From Chitinophagales bacterium (GTDB lineage Bacteria > Bacteroidota > Bacteroidia > Chitinophagales > JADIYW01): a stretch of 64,000 nucleotides of DNA. The first letter of the stretch is position 1. Each line of letters begins with the position of its first letter. The translations under genes and the position numbers were made by a program. Location: assembly GCA_019694955.1 (NCBI GenBank), contig JAIBAX010000021.1:989-64988 (forward strand), given 5' to 3'. This document shows positions 16,893 to 25,749 of the stretch, piece by piece. The notes beneath the pieces were generated by a model, which had not been told where the DNA came from, ran no database searches, and worked only from the letters and a program-made list of their open reading frames with translations.

Positions 16893-17303
16893 TTACCCTT
16901 GTCGCTGTTTCAAGTCCATACCACAAGTAGGGCATTTCCCTGGGGCATCGGAATAGCCTCCTTCACATTTCATTGGACAAAAATAATTGGCTGTAGAAAA
17001 AGGATCTTCGGACGTTGTTTTAACGGAAGAGGATGCGCCTAAATCTTGTTTAGTGGTATCCACTGCATCTGCTTTAGTAGAATCTTTTTGGCAGCAGGCA
17101 TCTTCACTTCCTGCTCCATCACAAGATTTTTTACAGCAATCCTCTCCACACTGTTCTCCCCCGCAACATTTTTCTTTACAGCATTCTTTCGTACATGTGC
17201 ATTTTTCTTTACATTCTTTGTTTTTGCATGCTACAAAAACGATTGCAGACATCAACACCATTGACATTACTGCTAATAAATTTCTAATTCTCATGATTTT
17301 CAT
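16893..17303 (-). CDS. Cysteine-rich lipoprotein with a C-terminal heavy-metal-binding domain (HMBD)
   Basis: 136 aa. It has the lipobox FVAC and the Cys-dense stretch CKEKCTCTKECCKEKCCGGEQCGEDCCKKSCDG..ACC. The C-terminal YFCPMKCEGGYSDAPGKCPTCGMDL matches the YxCPMH...GxCPxCGMxL type motif. Confidence 0.75.
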   Translation of the reverse strand: MKIMRIRNLLAVMSMVLMSAIVFVACKNKECKEKCTCTKECCKEKCCGGEQCGEDCCKKSCDGAGSEDACCQKDSTKADAVDTTKQDLGASSSVKTTSEDPFSTANYFCPMKCEGGYSDAPGKCPTCGMDLKQRQG

Positions 17304-17313
17304 TTTAAAAATT

Positions 17314-19542
17314 TTAATTCAATTTAAACCTAATTCCTCCGTAGGCAATGGCGCCATTTATGGGACCCCACACCTGTGTTGCATCAAACATAGTTCCGAA
17401 TGGTGCTTCACTATGCAAAATTGGCATTTTTTGTCTAAAATTGGTAAGATTATCTGCCCCAAAATAAAATTCCCAAGATTTTATGGTCTTCTTTACCTGA
17501 ACATTCATCTGAAAGTATATGGGTGAGAATTTTTGAACATAATCTATCTCATGTGTAATGGGATTGTGTATTTCCTCCAATGCCAACCGATGCTTTCCAT
17601 GTAGAATATTTATAAGGTTAAATTCCCATCCTTTGTCCGCGATTTTATAGGAGGTTGTCCAAACGCCTTTATGTCGTTGTAACATAAATTTTGGCAATAG
17701 GACGCCATGCATATCGGATTGGACATCCTCCAACCTGTAAGCAAATTTCCATTCTAAATTCTTTACCGGTTCAAATTTTAACTCGAACATAAAGCTATTG
17801 GAAAATGACTTTCCCTTCAAATTATAGACATGTATTTTATTATCTCCTTGATCTACATCTGCAATGGTTTGTTGCGTAAAATCTGTTCTAAAATACTCTG
17901 CATTAATATAGCCACTTTTGCCGCGAATGGCAAAATCCTGAATGATACCAAAGCCATAATTCCAACCTGCTTCCTTTCCAACCTGCTCATCGATACTGAA
18001 GGTTTTAGCACTTGTAAGTAGTGCGCTATTTTCCATCAACGGATTGCTGATTCGCCACCCACGACCTGCGTTCATTCGAATGGTTGTATTTTCAATAGGG
18101 GCATACCGTACATGCAGTCTTGGTGAAGCGATGAATTTAAAATCTTTTTGATAGTCAACCCTACACCCTAGCATCAACGTAAGTTTGTCCAGATACTTAT
18201 AGGTATATTCTGCAAACACTCCCGGATTAACATTCAAACGACTTATCTTAAAGGTGTCAATGCTTTCATCTATCTGGTCATACACCGTAGAAAAACCTGC
18301 TGCCATCTTATGATTGGTGGTTTTGATGATGTTTTCATACACAATGTTAAGGTTTACGTTTGTTTGTTTTCCTTCATATTGCTGTAAACCATAAAAGGAA
18401 AGGGTGTTATGATAGGCGGAACTAAGTTGTATACCCAAGCTTTGGAATTCTTTATCGCCAATGAAGATGCCATTTTTTATGAATGCCTCCATACGATTTG
18501 TTTTCGATCCAAACCCATACTGCTCTGTGGTGCCTTTGTGTTCCCTCATATCAAAAGCCATCTCGCCTCCTAACCTGTCCTCAAACAAGTATTTTATGCC
18601 GATTTGTAACTCTGTCTTCTTACTCCTAAAATTGTACCTATCCATCACACTGAACATCGAAGTAAGTGGGTTGTCTAAAAATCCATCTTGATTTTTATCC
18701 CATCTGGCACGGTTGAAGCTTCCATTCAGAAAAACGACGTTTCCATTTTTCTCATTTATCTTTTGTCCTGATGTAATAAATAACTCAGCTCTCCCCTGAT
18801 GGTTGAGAAATAAGTCGACGAACAATTTTTCTGCTTCAAAAGGTTCTTTGTATTTCACATTAATCGCTCCGGTTAAACCTTCATATCCATTTCTAACAGG
18901 TGAAATTCCTTTTGATACGGAAACGCTTTCCATCCAGGGTGCTTGAATATATTCTAAACCGTTTGTTTGCACTAACCCACGAAATAACGGAAGATTTTCT
19001 ACCAACATATTGACATATACACCGTCTAAACCTAGCATGGTAATTTCTTTAGCACCGGTCACAGCATCACTATAACCAACATCAACAGTCGCATTTGTTT
19101 GGAAACTTTCAGAGAGATTGCAACAGGCTGCTTTACGAAATTCATCTCCCGTAATGACTTCCGTTTTTATAGGATTCAAGTATTGAATAAATCCTGCATC
19201 CCTTTGTGCTTTGATTTCTACCTCACTCAATGTATTATCAGGAAGTAGAAAAACATACTGTGGTATTTCATGGTTTACAACAGTAATGGTATCGGTGTGA
19301 TACCCAATGAATGCGACAATCAACCGTGCCGGATATTCTCCAATACATGGCAACTCCGCCCATCCCTGTTCGTTGGCGATTGCACCCACCTGATTTTTCT
19401 CCCAATATACTGCTGCACCGGGAAGCGCTAAGGTATCTTCATTAATTTGTTCACCTACAAATATCTGGACAAACTCATTCGCTCGTATCGAACGATACCC
19501 ACTTAGGAGAAAGAAAAATAATAGAAATTTATATTTATACAT
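17314..19542 (-). CDS. TonB-dependent receptor
   Basis: 742 aa. It has a signal peptide, a carboxypeptidase-regulatory-like N-terminal domain, a plug, a beta-barrel and a terminal aromatic residue. Confidence 0.9.
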   Translation of the reverse strand: MYKYKFLLFFFLLSGYRSIRANEFVQIFVGEQINEDTLALPGAAVYWEKNQVGAIANEQGWAELPCIGEYPARLIVAFIGYHTDTITVVNHEIPQYVFLLPDNTLSEVEIKAQRDAGFIQYLNPIKTEVITGDEFRKAACCNLSESFQTNATVDVGYSDAVTGAKEITMLGLDGVYVNMLVENLPLFRGLVQTNGLEYIQAPWMESVSVSKGISPVRNGYEGLTGAINVKYKEPFEAEKLFVDLFLNHQGRAELFITSGQKINEKNGNVVFLNGSFNRARWDKNQDGFLDNPLTSMFSVMDRYNFRSKKTELQIGIKYLFEDRLGGEMAFDMREHKGTTEQYGFGSKTNRMEAFIKNGIFIGDKEFQSLGIQLSSAYHNTLSFYGLQQYEGKQTNVNLNIVYENIIKTTNHKMAAGFSTVYDQIDESIDTFKISRLNVNPGVFAEYTYKYLDKLTLMLGCRVDYQKDFKFIASPRLHVRYAPIENTTIRMNAGRGWRISNPLMENSALLTSAKTFSIDEQVGKEAGWNYGFGIIQDFAIRGKSGYINAEYFRTDFTQQTIADVDQGDNKIHVYNLKGKSFSNSFMFELKFEPVKNLEWKFAYRLEDVQSDMHGVLLPKFMLQRHKGVWTTSYKIADKGWEFNLINILHGKHRLALEEIHNPITHEIDYVQKFSPIYFQMNVQVKKTIKSWEFYFGADNLTNFRQKMPILHSEAPFGTMFDATQVWGPINGAIAYGGIRFKLN

Positions 19543-19593
19543 ATATATAATTGTTAATAATGAATAATAGAATCGAATTTCTACTATTTACTA

Positions 19594-19992
19594 CTAACAC
19601 AAGAATGAATCCAGCAATATCCTCAGTGGAGGGTCATTACCAGATTCAGGTGGACTATAGTAATTGAAAGATAAAATCCAAGTAATTGGCTTATTTACTT
19701 CTTGAAACAATATATGCTTGAAAATAAGGACAATAGGGGTAAATATTTTTGCAGACTCCAAGAAATGAGTCGTTTCAAATAAATCTGTAATCTTGAAAGT
19801 TACCGTCTGAGTGGTGCAACAAGAAACATCAGACTGTTCATCACAACATTTCTGATTGTCATCGCTACAGCTGCTTGCGAGCATTTTACCATCCATGGAG
19901 CAATGATGCACCTGCATAATCATTCCGTTGGTATAGACTAATGTCAATACCGTTAGAAATATGCCAAATGCCTTCTTTACTGTTGTGAACAT
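19594..19992 (-). CDS. HYC_CC_PP-like small membrane-anchored protein
   Basis: 132 aa. It has an N-terminal TM segment, VHHCSMDG, CC pairs and a C-terminal SPP..DPP. It is the first gene upstream of the TonB-dependent receptor. Confidence 0.5.
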   Translation of the reverse strand: MFTTVKKAFGIFLTVLTLVYTNGMIMQVHHCSMDGKMLASSCSDDNQKCCDEQSDVSCCTTQTVTFKITDLFETTHFLESAKIFTPIVLIFKHILFQEVNKPITWILSFNYYSPPESGNDPPLRILLDSFLC

Positions 19993-20215
19993 AATTACAA
20001 AATTAGTATAGAATTATTAAACTTTCGGAATCATACTACCATTTTCAATAAAAATAACTTTTTGCTGTTTTTGTTGCAAATAAAAAAACATACTTAAGTA
20101 ACTCATTATAAACCCATTAATGCAATGAACTGGCAAATATTCATCACATACACATCAACTGTGCCTTGCGGGTATCTTCGATATATTATTGTTTTGTATC
20201 ATAAAATTTAAAACA

Positions 20216-21595
20216 ATGAAGAAGAGCCAATTAATTTTCATGTTTTCAGTTTTGGTTTGCTTTCAAGCGGAAGCACAAATAAACTGGGATTTAGGTGGCA
20301 GAATAAAAAATGCCGTAGAACGAAAGGTTGATCAAGGTATTGACCGCAGTATTGACAAAGGTGTAAATGAAGCCGAGGAGGGCATCCGTAAAGGTGGCAA
20401 GGAAGCTACTGAAAAGGATGAAAAAAACAATTCAAAGAGTAATTCGGGTAATAATAACACCGGAAACAATTCTGGAAGCAATGCTAATTCTGGAAATGAT
20501 AATAACACCCAAAATTCTCCTACTTCAAATCAAAGTACTTACAAAACGTATTCAAAGTTCGATTTTGTTCCCGGAGAGAAAGTGGTTGCCATAGAAGATT
20601 TCTCTCAAGATGCTATTGGCGATTTCCCAGCAAGATGGAATACCAATGCCGCTGGTGAAATTGTCAATGTTGAAGGGAAACCGGGAAAATACTTCCAACT
20701 TACTTCAGAAGGGGTATCTTATCCGGAGTTCATCACGGATCTCCCAGAAAACTTCACCTTTGAGTTCGACATGATTTGCAATCCGGGATACAGTTATTAT
20801 TCCTCTTCGATGATGGTCAATTTCACAGCACTTGCCAATGACAAACACTACACTTTTTGGAAATTGTATGCAGGTTCTTACGATGTAAAGATTAATGGAG
20901 TACGTTTAGGGTTCAATCCTACAAATGCAGGTAACAATGCAGGTATTTCTTTCTATGAATGTTGGGAAAATGGAGAAGTGGTACTCAAAAACAATAATGA
21001 AAATGTAAGTCAGTTTAATGGACAAAATGGAAAGAACATTGTTCATATATCTATCTGGCGACAAAAACAACGTATGCGGGTGTATGTCAACGAAGAGAAG
21101 GTTTGGGATATACCTAAAGCTTTTCAAACGGGTGTAAAATACAACAAGGTATTATTCACCATTGGTGGATACCATAATGAGGAAGATAAATTTTCCATTG
21201 GCAATCTTCGTTTAGCCGTAGGTGCCCCTGACACAAGAAACAAACTTCTCACAGAAGGTAAATTTGTGACAAATGGTATTCTGTTCGATGTAAATAGTGA
21301 TAAAATAAAACCCGAATCTTATGGTGCTATTAAAGATATCGCAAATGTTCTCAATGAAAATCCGGATGTAAAAGTTAAAATCATCGGACATACCGACAGT
21401 GATGGTGAAGATGCGAAGAATTTAGAACTTTCTAAGAAAAGATCTGAGGCTGTAAAGAATTTCTTAATCAAAGAATTTGCTATTAGCGCAGATAGGTTAC
21501 AAACCGATGGCAAAGGTGAGTCTCAACCTTTAGGCGATAACGCTACTATTGAAGGAAAAGCGAACAACAGAAGAGTAGAATTTATTAAAATGTAA
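20216..21595 (+). CDS. OmpA-family protein with an N/S/G-rich linker and an unknown N-terminal domain
   Basis: The C-terminal OmpA-like domain reads GHTDSDGEDAKNLELSKKRSEAVKNFL...NNRRVEF. I prefer the ATG at 20216 (MKKSQLIF signal peptide) to the track start at 20189. Confidence 0.85.
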   Translation: MKKSQLIFMFSVLVCFQAEAQINWDLGGRIKNAVERKVDQGIDRSIDKGVNEAEEGIRKGGKEATEKDEKNNSKSNSGNNNTGNNSGSNANSGNDNNTQNSPTSNQSTYKTYSKFDFVPGEKVVAIEDFSQDAIGDFPARWNTNAAGEIVNVEGKPGKYFQLTSEGVSYPEFITDLPENFTFEFDMICNPGYSYYSSSMMVNFTALANDKHYTFWKLYAGSYDVKINGVRLGFNPTNAGNNAGISFYECWENGEVVLKNNNENVSQFNGQNGKNIVHISIWRQKQRMRVYVNEEKVWDIPKAFQTGVKYNKVLFTIGGYHNEEDKFSIGNLRLAVGAPDTRNKLLTEGKFVTNGILFDVNSDKIKPESYGAIKDIANVLNENPDVKVKIIGHTDSDGEDAKNLELSKKRSEAVKNFLIKEFAISADRLQTDGKGESQPLGDNATIEGKANNRRVEFIKM

Positions 21596-21613
21596 CCATT
21601 AATCAAAAATATA

Positions 21614-22249
21614 ATGACAACTAAAGTATTTAAATTATGCCTCTTCATCGTTTGCATCTCTGTTATGGGTTGTAAAAAAGAATCTGGAAATGATGGTCCA
21701 GACAACCTTGATAACTATTATGTAGATGTAACCTTTGAGGGAGCAACACGCCATTGTAAACAATTTAACTCCTCGACCAGTGACGAAGGGACGCTTATAG
21801 GTGGTTGTGTTTTTTATGGAGACAATATGGCTATCACATTTGGTGGCACCAACTACTTAGACGCCACCAAAACCAACGGCTTTAATGGTGCCTTTGCTGT
21901 TGGGGATGTTACACATGCCGGGGTTTATAGCTTCAGAGAAGCAGAACTTGACATTAATAATGAAACATCTCTTGTACAAAGATTCAAGGCGGGGTCTTCG
22001 TTAGACTCTTGGGAAATTTGGGATAACGACGAGAATTTAAGAAGGTATGAAAGTGGTGGATCTTGTAGAGATGAGGATTTAGCAGTAGGTGTACAAGAGA
22101 TAGATATCACAAAATATAGCAGTGAAAATGGTGGTATTATCGAAGGTACATTTTACATGACTGTCTATGAAACTCCGGATGGGTGTTTTAACGACATACC
22201 TCATATCATTACAGGGGTTTTTAGGTGTAAAAGAATTAATATTGAATAA
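21614..22249 (+). CDS. Hypothetical lipoprotein
   Basis: 211 aa with the lipobox VMGC. No family was recognised. Confidence 0.55.
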   Translation: MTTKVFKLCLFIVCISVMGCKKESGNDGPDNLDNYYVDVTFEGATRHCKQFNSSTSDEGTLIGGCVFYGDNMAITFGGTNYLDATKTNGFNGAFAVGDVTHAGVYSFREAELDINNETSLVQRFKAGSSLDSWEIWDNDENLRRYESGGSCRDEDLAVGVQEIDITKYSSENGGIIEGTFYMTVYETPDGCFNDIPHIITGVFRCKRINIE

Positions 22250-22269
22250 TCAATAAAATTGTTACTAAA

Positions 22270-23658
22270 ATGAAAAAGTTTATCTATTTATTTTCTGTCA
22301 TAATAGCATTTATGACATTTGGTTGTAAAAAAGACAAAGGTGATCCCGTTGTGTCTCTACCTGAAGCTCAGTTGAGCAAGGTAGTTTCAAATGGCACATC
22401 CAAGACCTTAGGTTATTTTGAGAAAATCAAAGAACTTCCCAATGGACATATAATTGTGGGTGGTTACGCATACGATAGTTTATATATTAATGGTGTGCGG
22501 TATAGCCTTACTCAAGCAGATTTGTTCTTTATCGAGTATACCAAATCTGGAGAAATCGTTAAGAGTAAAGTCCTTAATCTTAGTGGTAATCAGTACTTGA
22601 AGGATTTTGATATCGGAACGGATGGTTCAATTTATGTGCTAACGGAATTTAATGGAAGTATTGATCTTGGAACAGGTACATTAGTTGCCAATGGCTATGA
22701 CGACTGTATTTTTAAGATGAATAGCGCTCTTTCTGTAACGAATGCTTTTGCATTTGGAAATGAAAGTTATGCATTTTGTAATAAGCTTACAGTAGATAGA
22801 GAGAACAATCCAATCGTTTTAGGCACTTTTTATGATAATTTCATGTTGCATGGCGTTGAGGTTACAACAACCTCTGGAAGGAGTACACTACTAGTGGCTA
22901 AATTTAATAATACACTTACTAGCAGCACTTTTCGTTCTTTCTACGGGGATGGTAGCACTTATTTATATCCAAATTGCATTACTACTGATAATAATTCGAA
23001 TATTTACTTCGGTGGTGAGTTTGTTGGAAAGGTGTTTTTTACATTTTCTGCACTATATGCTGAAGATTATCATGCTTTCTTTGTAAAAATGAATAGCTCT
23101 TTAGAACCACAATGGGATAAAGGTGGCAGCGGATTAGATGGGAATACAAATCTTCGTGGGTTGGGAACAGATGCAGATGGCAATGTGTACACAGTTACCA
23201 ATGTGGAAGGCACACCTATGTGGAATGGCGCTACTTACGATTTCCCTACAAAAGGTGGCTTACTACAAAAATTCCAAACTGATGGAACGTTAAGCTGGAG
23301 CAAAAGCATAAAAGGGGTTTATAACTATTCGTTTGGCATGGATGTCCACCAAGGTAGAATCGTTCTCTATCCAGGCAAAAATGAAGGAACACTTACCATA
23401 AACCGTGGAGGTCCTCCATATTCGGAAGTATTGGTTTTCGATTATTTTGGAAATACCATTTGGAGGAAAAATTTCCAACCCACAGGGGCTTCATTTAATA
23501 GTTTTTATATCTATAATGCGATTGTAGATAGCGAAAAACGAATTTGGTTATCAGGATTACTGAGAGGCAATATTGATTTGAACAACAATGGCAGTAATCT
23601 TTCTGATGGCACTGTAAACACAGGCGATAAAGAAAATGCCTTAATTTTAAGATACTAA
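22270..23658 (+). CDS. Hypothetical lipoprotein, beta-propeller-like repeats
   Basis: 462 aa with the lipobox TFGC. It has repeated motifs of the type DG.IY..G.F.G. Confidence 0.55.
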   Translation: MKKFIYLFSVIIAFMTFGCKKDKGDPVVSLPEAQLSKVVSNGTSKTLGYFEKIKELPNGHIIVGGYAYDSLYINGVRYSLTQADLFFIEYTKSGEIVKSKVLNLSGNQYLKDFDIGTDGSIYVLTEFNGSIDLGTGTLVANGYDDCIFKMNSALSVTNAFAFGNESYAFCNKLTVDRENNPIVLGTFYDNFMLHGVEVTTTSGRSTLLVAKFNNTLTSSTFRSFYGDGSTYLYPNCITTDNNSNIYFGGEFVGKVFFTFSALYAEDYHAFFVKMNSSLEPQWDKGGSGLDGNTNLRGLGTDADGNVYTVTNVEGTPMWNGATYDFPTKGGLLQKFQTDGTLSWSKSIKGVYNYSFGMDVHQGRIVLYPGKNEGTLTINRGGPPYSEVLVFDYFGNTIWRKNFQPTGASFNSFYIYNAIVDSEKRIWLSGLLRGNIDLNNNGSNLSDGTVNTGDKENALILRY

Positions 23659-23702
23659 GCAGCTATAAATAATAAAATAAGAAGTCTTATGGCTCTTTTT
23701 CG

Positions 23703-23728
23703 GCCTCCGGAATCCGGAGGCTTTTTTT
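23703..23728 (+). terminator. Rho-independent terminator
   Basis: GCCTCCGG-aat-CCGGAGGC is followed by TTTTTTT. Confidence 0.7.
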
Positions 23729-23779
23729 ATCCCGGAATCAGTATGAACGCTCAATTGTATAATTTACAAAAATAATTTC

Positions 23780-23885
23780 TTATCAGAAAAGTAATTATAA
23801 ATAGTCCCTAAATGAAATTCAATTCCCTGTTCTCGTATCGACACGAAAACCTGGGTGGACTAGTTTATAAATCATTCTGTTATTA
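23780..23885 (-). repeat. Repeat family B, copy B3
   Basis: Its reverse complement aligns over the full length with B1 (TAATAACAGAATGATTTATAAACTAGTCCAC...TTATAATTACTTTTCTGATAA). Confidence 0.7.
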
Positions 23886-23950
23886 AACTTCTTGTAAAAA
23901 GAGCCGATACGCAAAGCGATAGCTTAATTATGTAATTGAGAAAGTTTTTG

Positions 23951-24025
23951 TCGGGGTGGCAGGATTCGAACCTGCGACCACCTGGTCCCAAACCAGGTAC
24001 GCTAACCGGACTGCGCTACACCCCG
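23951..24025 (-). tRNA. tRNA-Pro (anticodon UGG)
   Basis: The reverse complement is CGGGGTGTAGCGCAGTCCGGTTAGCGTACCTGGTTTGGGACCAGGTGGTCGCAGGTTCGAATCCTGCCACCCCGA. It forms a cloverleaf with a 7-bp acceptor stem, a TTCGAAT T-loop and the anticodon loop TT-TGG-GA. Confidence 0.95.
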
Positions 24026-24070
24026 AATATTTTATATGCTGTTGCACAGCATTAAAATGTTTAAGTTTGT

Positions 24071-24157
24071 GCGGTGAGACCGGGATTCGAACCCGGGGTA
24101 CAGTTTCCCGTACGACAGTTTAGCAAACTGTTGGTTTCAGCCACTCACCCATCTCAC
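24071..24157 (-). tRNA. tRNA-Ser (anticodon GCU), long variable arm
   Basis: The reverse complement is GGTGAGATGGGTGAGTGGCTGAAACCAACAGTTTGCTAAACTGTCGTACGGGAAACTGTACCCCGGGTTCGAATCCCGGTCTCACCG. The anticodon loop is TT-GCT-AA. Confidence 0.92.
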
Positions 24158-24251
24158 CTAGAACTTCCTCCTTTGAAATTTATTCAATAGCAATTTTCAA
24201 AAGCGGCACAAAAATAGGACTTTCTGATTAATTTCCAAATCTTTTTGGCAA

Positions 24252-25688
24252 TTATATGGAAAGCTGTATTCTTTTCTTTAATTCCTCAACAGACTCTCTA
24301 AATTCTTCATCTGTATCCATGAGGTTCCTCACTGCCTGACAGCTATGTATCACTGTACTATGATCTCTACCACCAAAATGTGAGCCAATTGCTTTCAATG
24401 ACTGGTTGGTATATTCTTTTGCAAAATACATAGACAATTGTCTTGCCTGAACAACATGGCGTTTTCTGGTTTGCTCACGCAATTTATCTACTTGCACTTC
24501 AAAATAGTCACAAACTGTTTTTTGAATGGTTTCCATGGAGATTTCTTTAGAAACACTCTTAACGAAACTCATCACTGTTTTCTTAGCCAGCTCCAGATTG
24601 ATTTCGTGTCTGTTCAAGGAAGACTGAGCTAGTAATGAAATTAACACCCCTTCTAATTCTCTAATATTGCTCTTAATATTATAAGCAACAAATTCTACCA
24701 CTTCTTTTGGCATCTCAATACCATCTGCTTTCATCTTATTGTGTAGGATGGCAATTCTAGTATCAAAATCCGGGATTTGCAAATCTGCTGAAAGACCCCA
24801 CTTGAACCTGGATAATAGCCTTTCTTCCATGCCTTCCAAATCCTTTGGTGCACGATCGGAAGTTAATATTAATTGCTTTCCTGTTTGATGAAGGTGATTG
24901 AAGATATGAAAGAAAATGTCTTGTGTTCTTGATTTTCCACCAAAGAACTGTATATCATCAATAATCAACACATCTATCATCTGATAGAAATGAATAAAGT
25001 CATTGACATTATTGTTCTTCAGGTATTCTACGAACTGATTGGTAAATTTCTCTGAAGAAACGTAAAGAACAGATTTATTGGGAGTATTTGTTTTTACGAA
25101 ATTTCCGATAGCTTGTGCCAGATGCGTTTTTCCTAAGCCAACACCACCATATAATACAAGTGGATTGAAAGCTGTCGCTCCCGGTGCTTTTGCTACGGCC
25201 ATTCCGGCAGAACGTGCCAAACGGTTACAATCACCTTCTACAAAGTTCTCGAATGTGTAATTTGGATTCAGCTGCGAATCGACATTTATCTTTTTTAAGC
25301 CTGGAATTACAAAAGGATTTTTTACCATGGGAGAGGAAAATATGCCGGGCATATTCATCTCATTCATATAATTGCTACTTTCCCGACTATTGGGATAGCT
25401 TACCGTTGCAGGATTAGTGGAGTTGGTGTTCTCCATAAGGATCCTGTACTCTAATTTTGCATCATCACCTAATTCCCTTTTAATCGTTTTTCTTAACAAG
25501 GTAACATAATGCTCTTCCAACCACTCATAAAAGAATTGTGAAGGTACTTGGATGGTTAATACGTTGTTCTCTAGACCTACGGGTTTAATTGGTTCAAACC
25601 ATGTTTTGTAACTCTGTATATTGATATTGTCTTTAATTACTTTCAGACAATTTTCCCACACAAGTTCCCACTTGCTTTTCATAGGCAC
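24252..25688 (-). CDS. dnaA: Chromosomal replication initiator DnaA
   Basis: 478 aa. It has the AAA+ Walker A GGVGLGKTHL, the box VII region and the C-terminal DNA-binding domain (GGRDHSTVIHS). Confidence 0.97.
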   Translation of the reverse strand: MPMKSKWELVWENCLKVIKDNINIQSYKTWFEPIKPVGLENNVLTIQVPSQFFYEWLEEHYVTLLRKTIKRELGDDAKLEYRILMENTNSTNPATVSYPNSRESSNYMNEMNMPGIFSSPMVKNPFVIPGLKKINVDSQLNPNYTFENFVEGDCNRLARSAGMAVAKAPGATAFNPLVLYGGVGLGKTHLAQAIGNFVKTNTPNKSVLYVSSEKFTNQFVEYLKNNNVNDFIHFYQMIDVLIIDDIQFFGGKSRTQDIFFHIFNHLHQTGKQLILTSDRAPKDLEGMEERLLSRFKWGLSADLQIPDFDTRIAILHNKMKADGIEMPKEVVEFVAYNIKSNIRELEGVLISLLAQSSLNRHEINLELAKKTVMSFVKSVSKEISMETIQKTVCDYFEVQVDKLREQTRKRHVVQARQLSMYFAKEYTNQSLKAIGSHFGGRDHSTVIHSCQAVRNLMDTDEEFRESVEELKKRIQLSI

Positions 25689-25749
25689 TTTAACTTTAAT
25701 TGTTAGTAAATGTTTTAAAGGGATTGTAAAGATGTGGGAAAAAATCTTA

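Noticed and set aside
16987-17526. 179-aa plus-strand ORF spanning the Cys-rich gene and the receptor 3' end
   Set aside because: It crosses two well-supported minus-strand genes and their intergenic spacer, and has no motifs.
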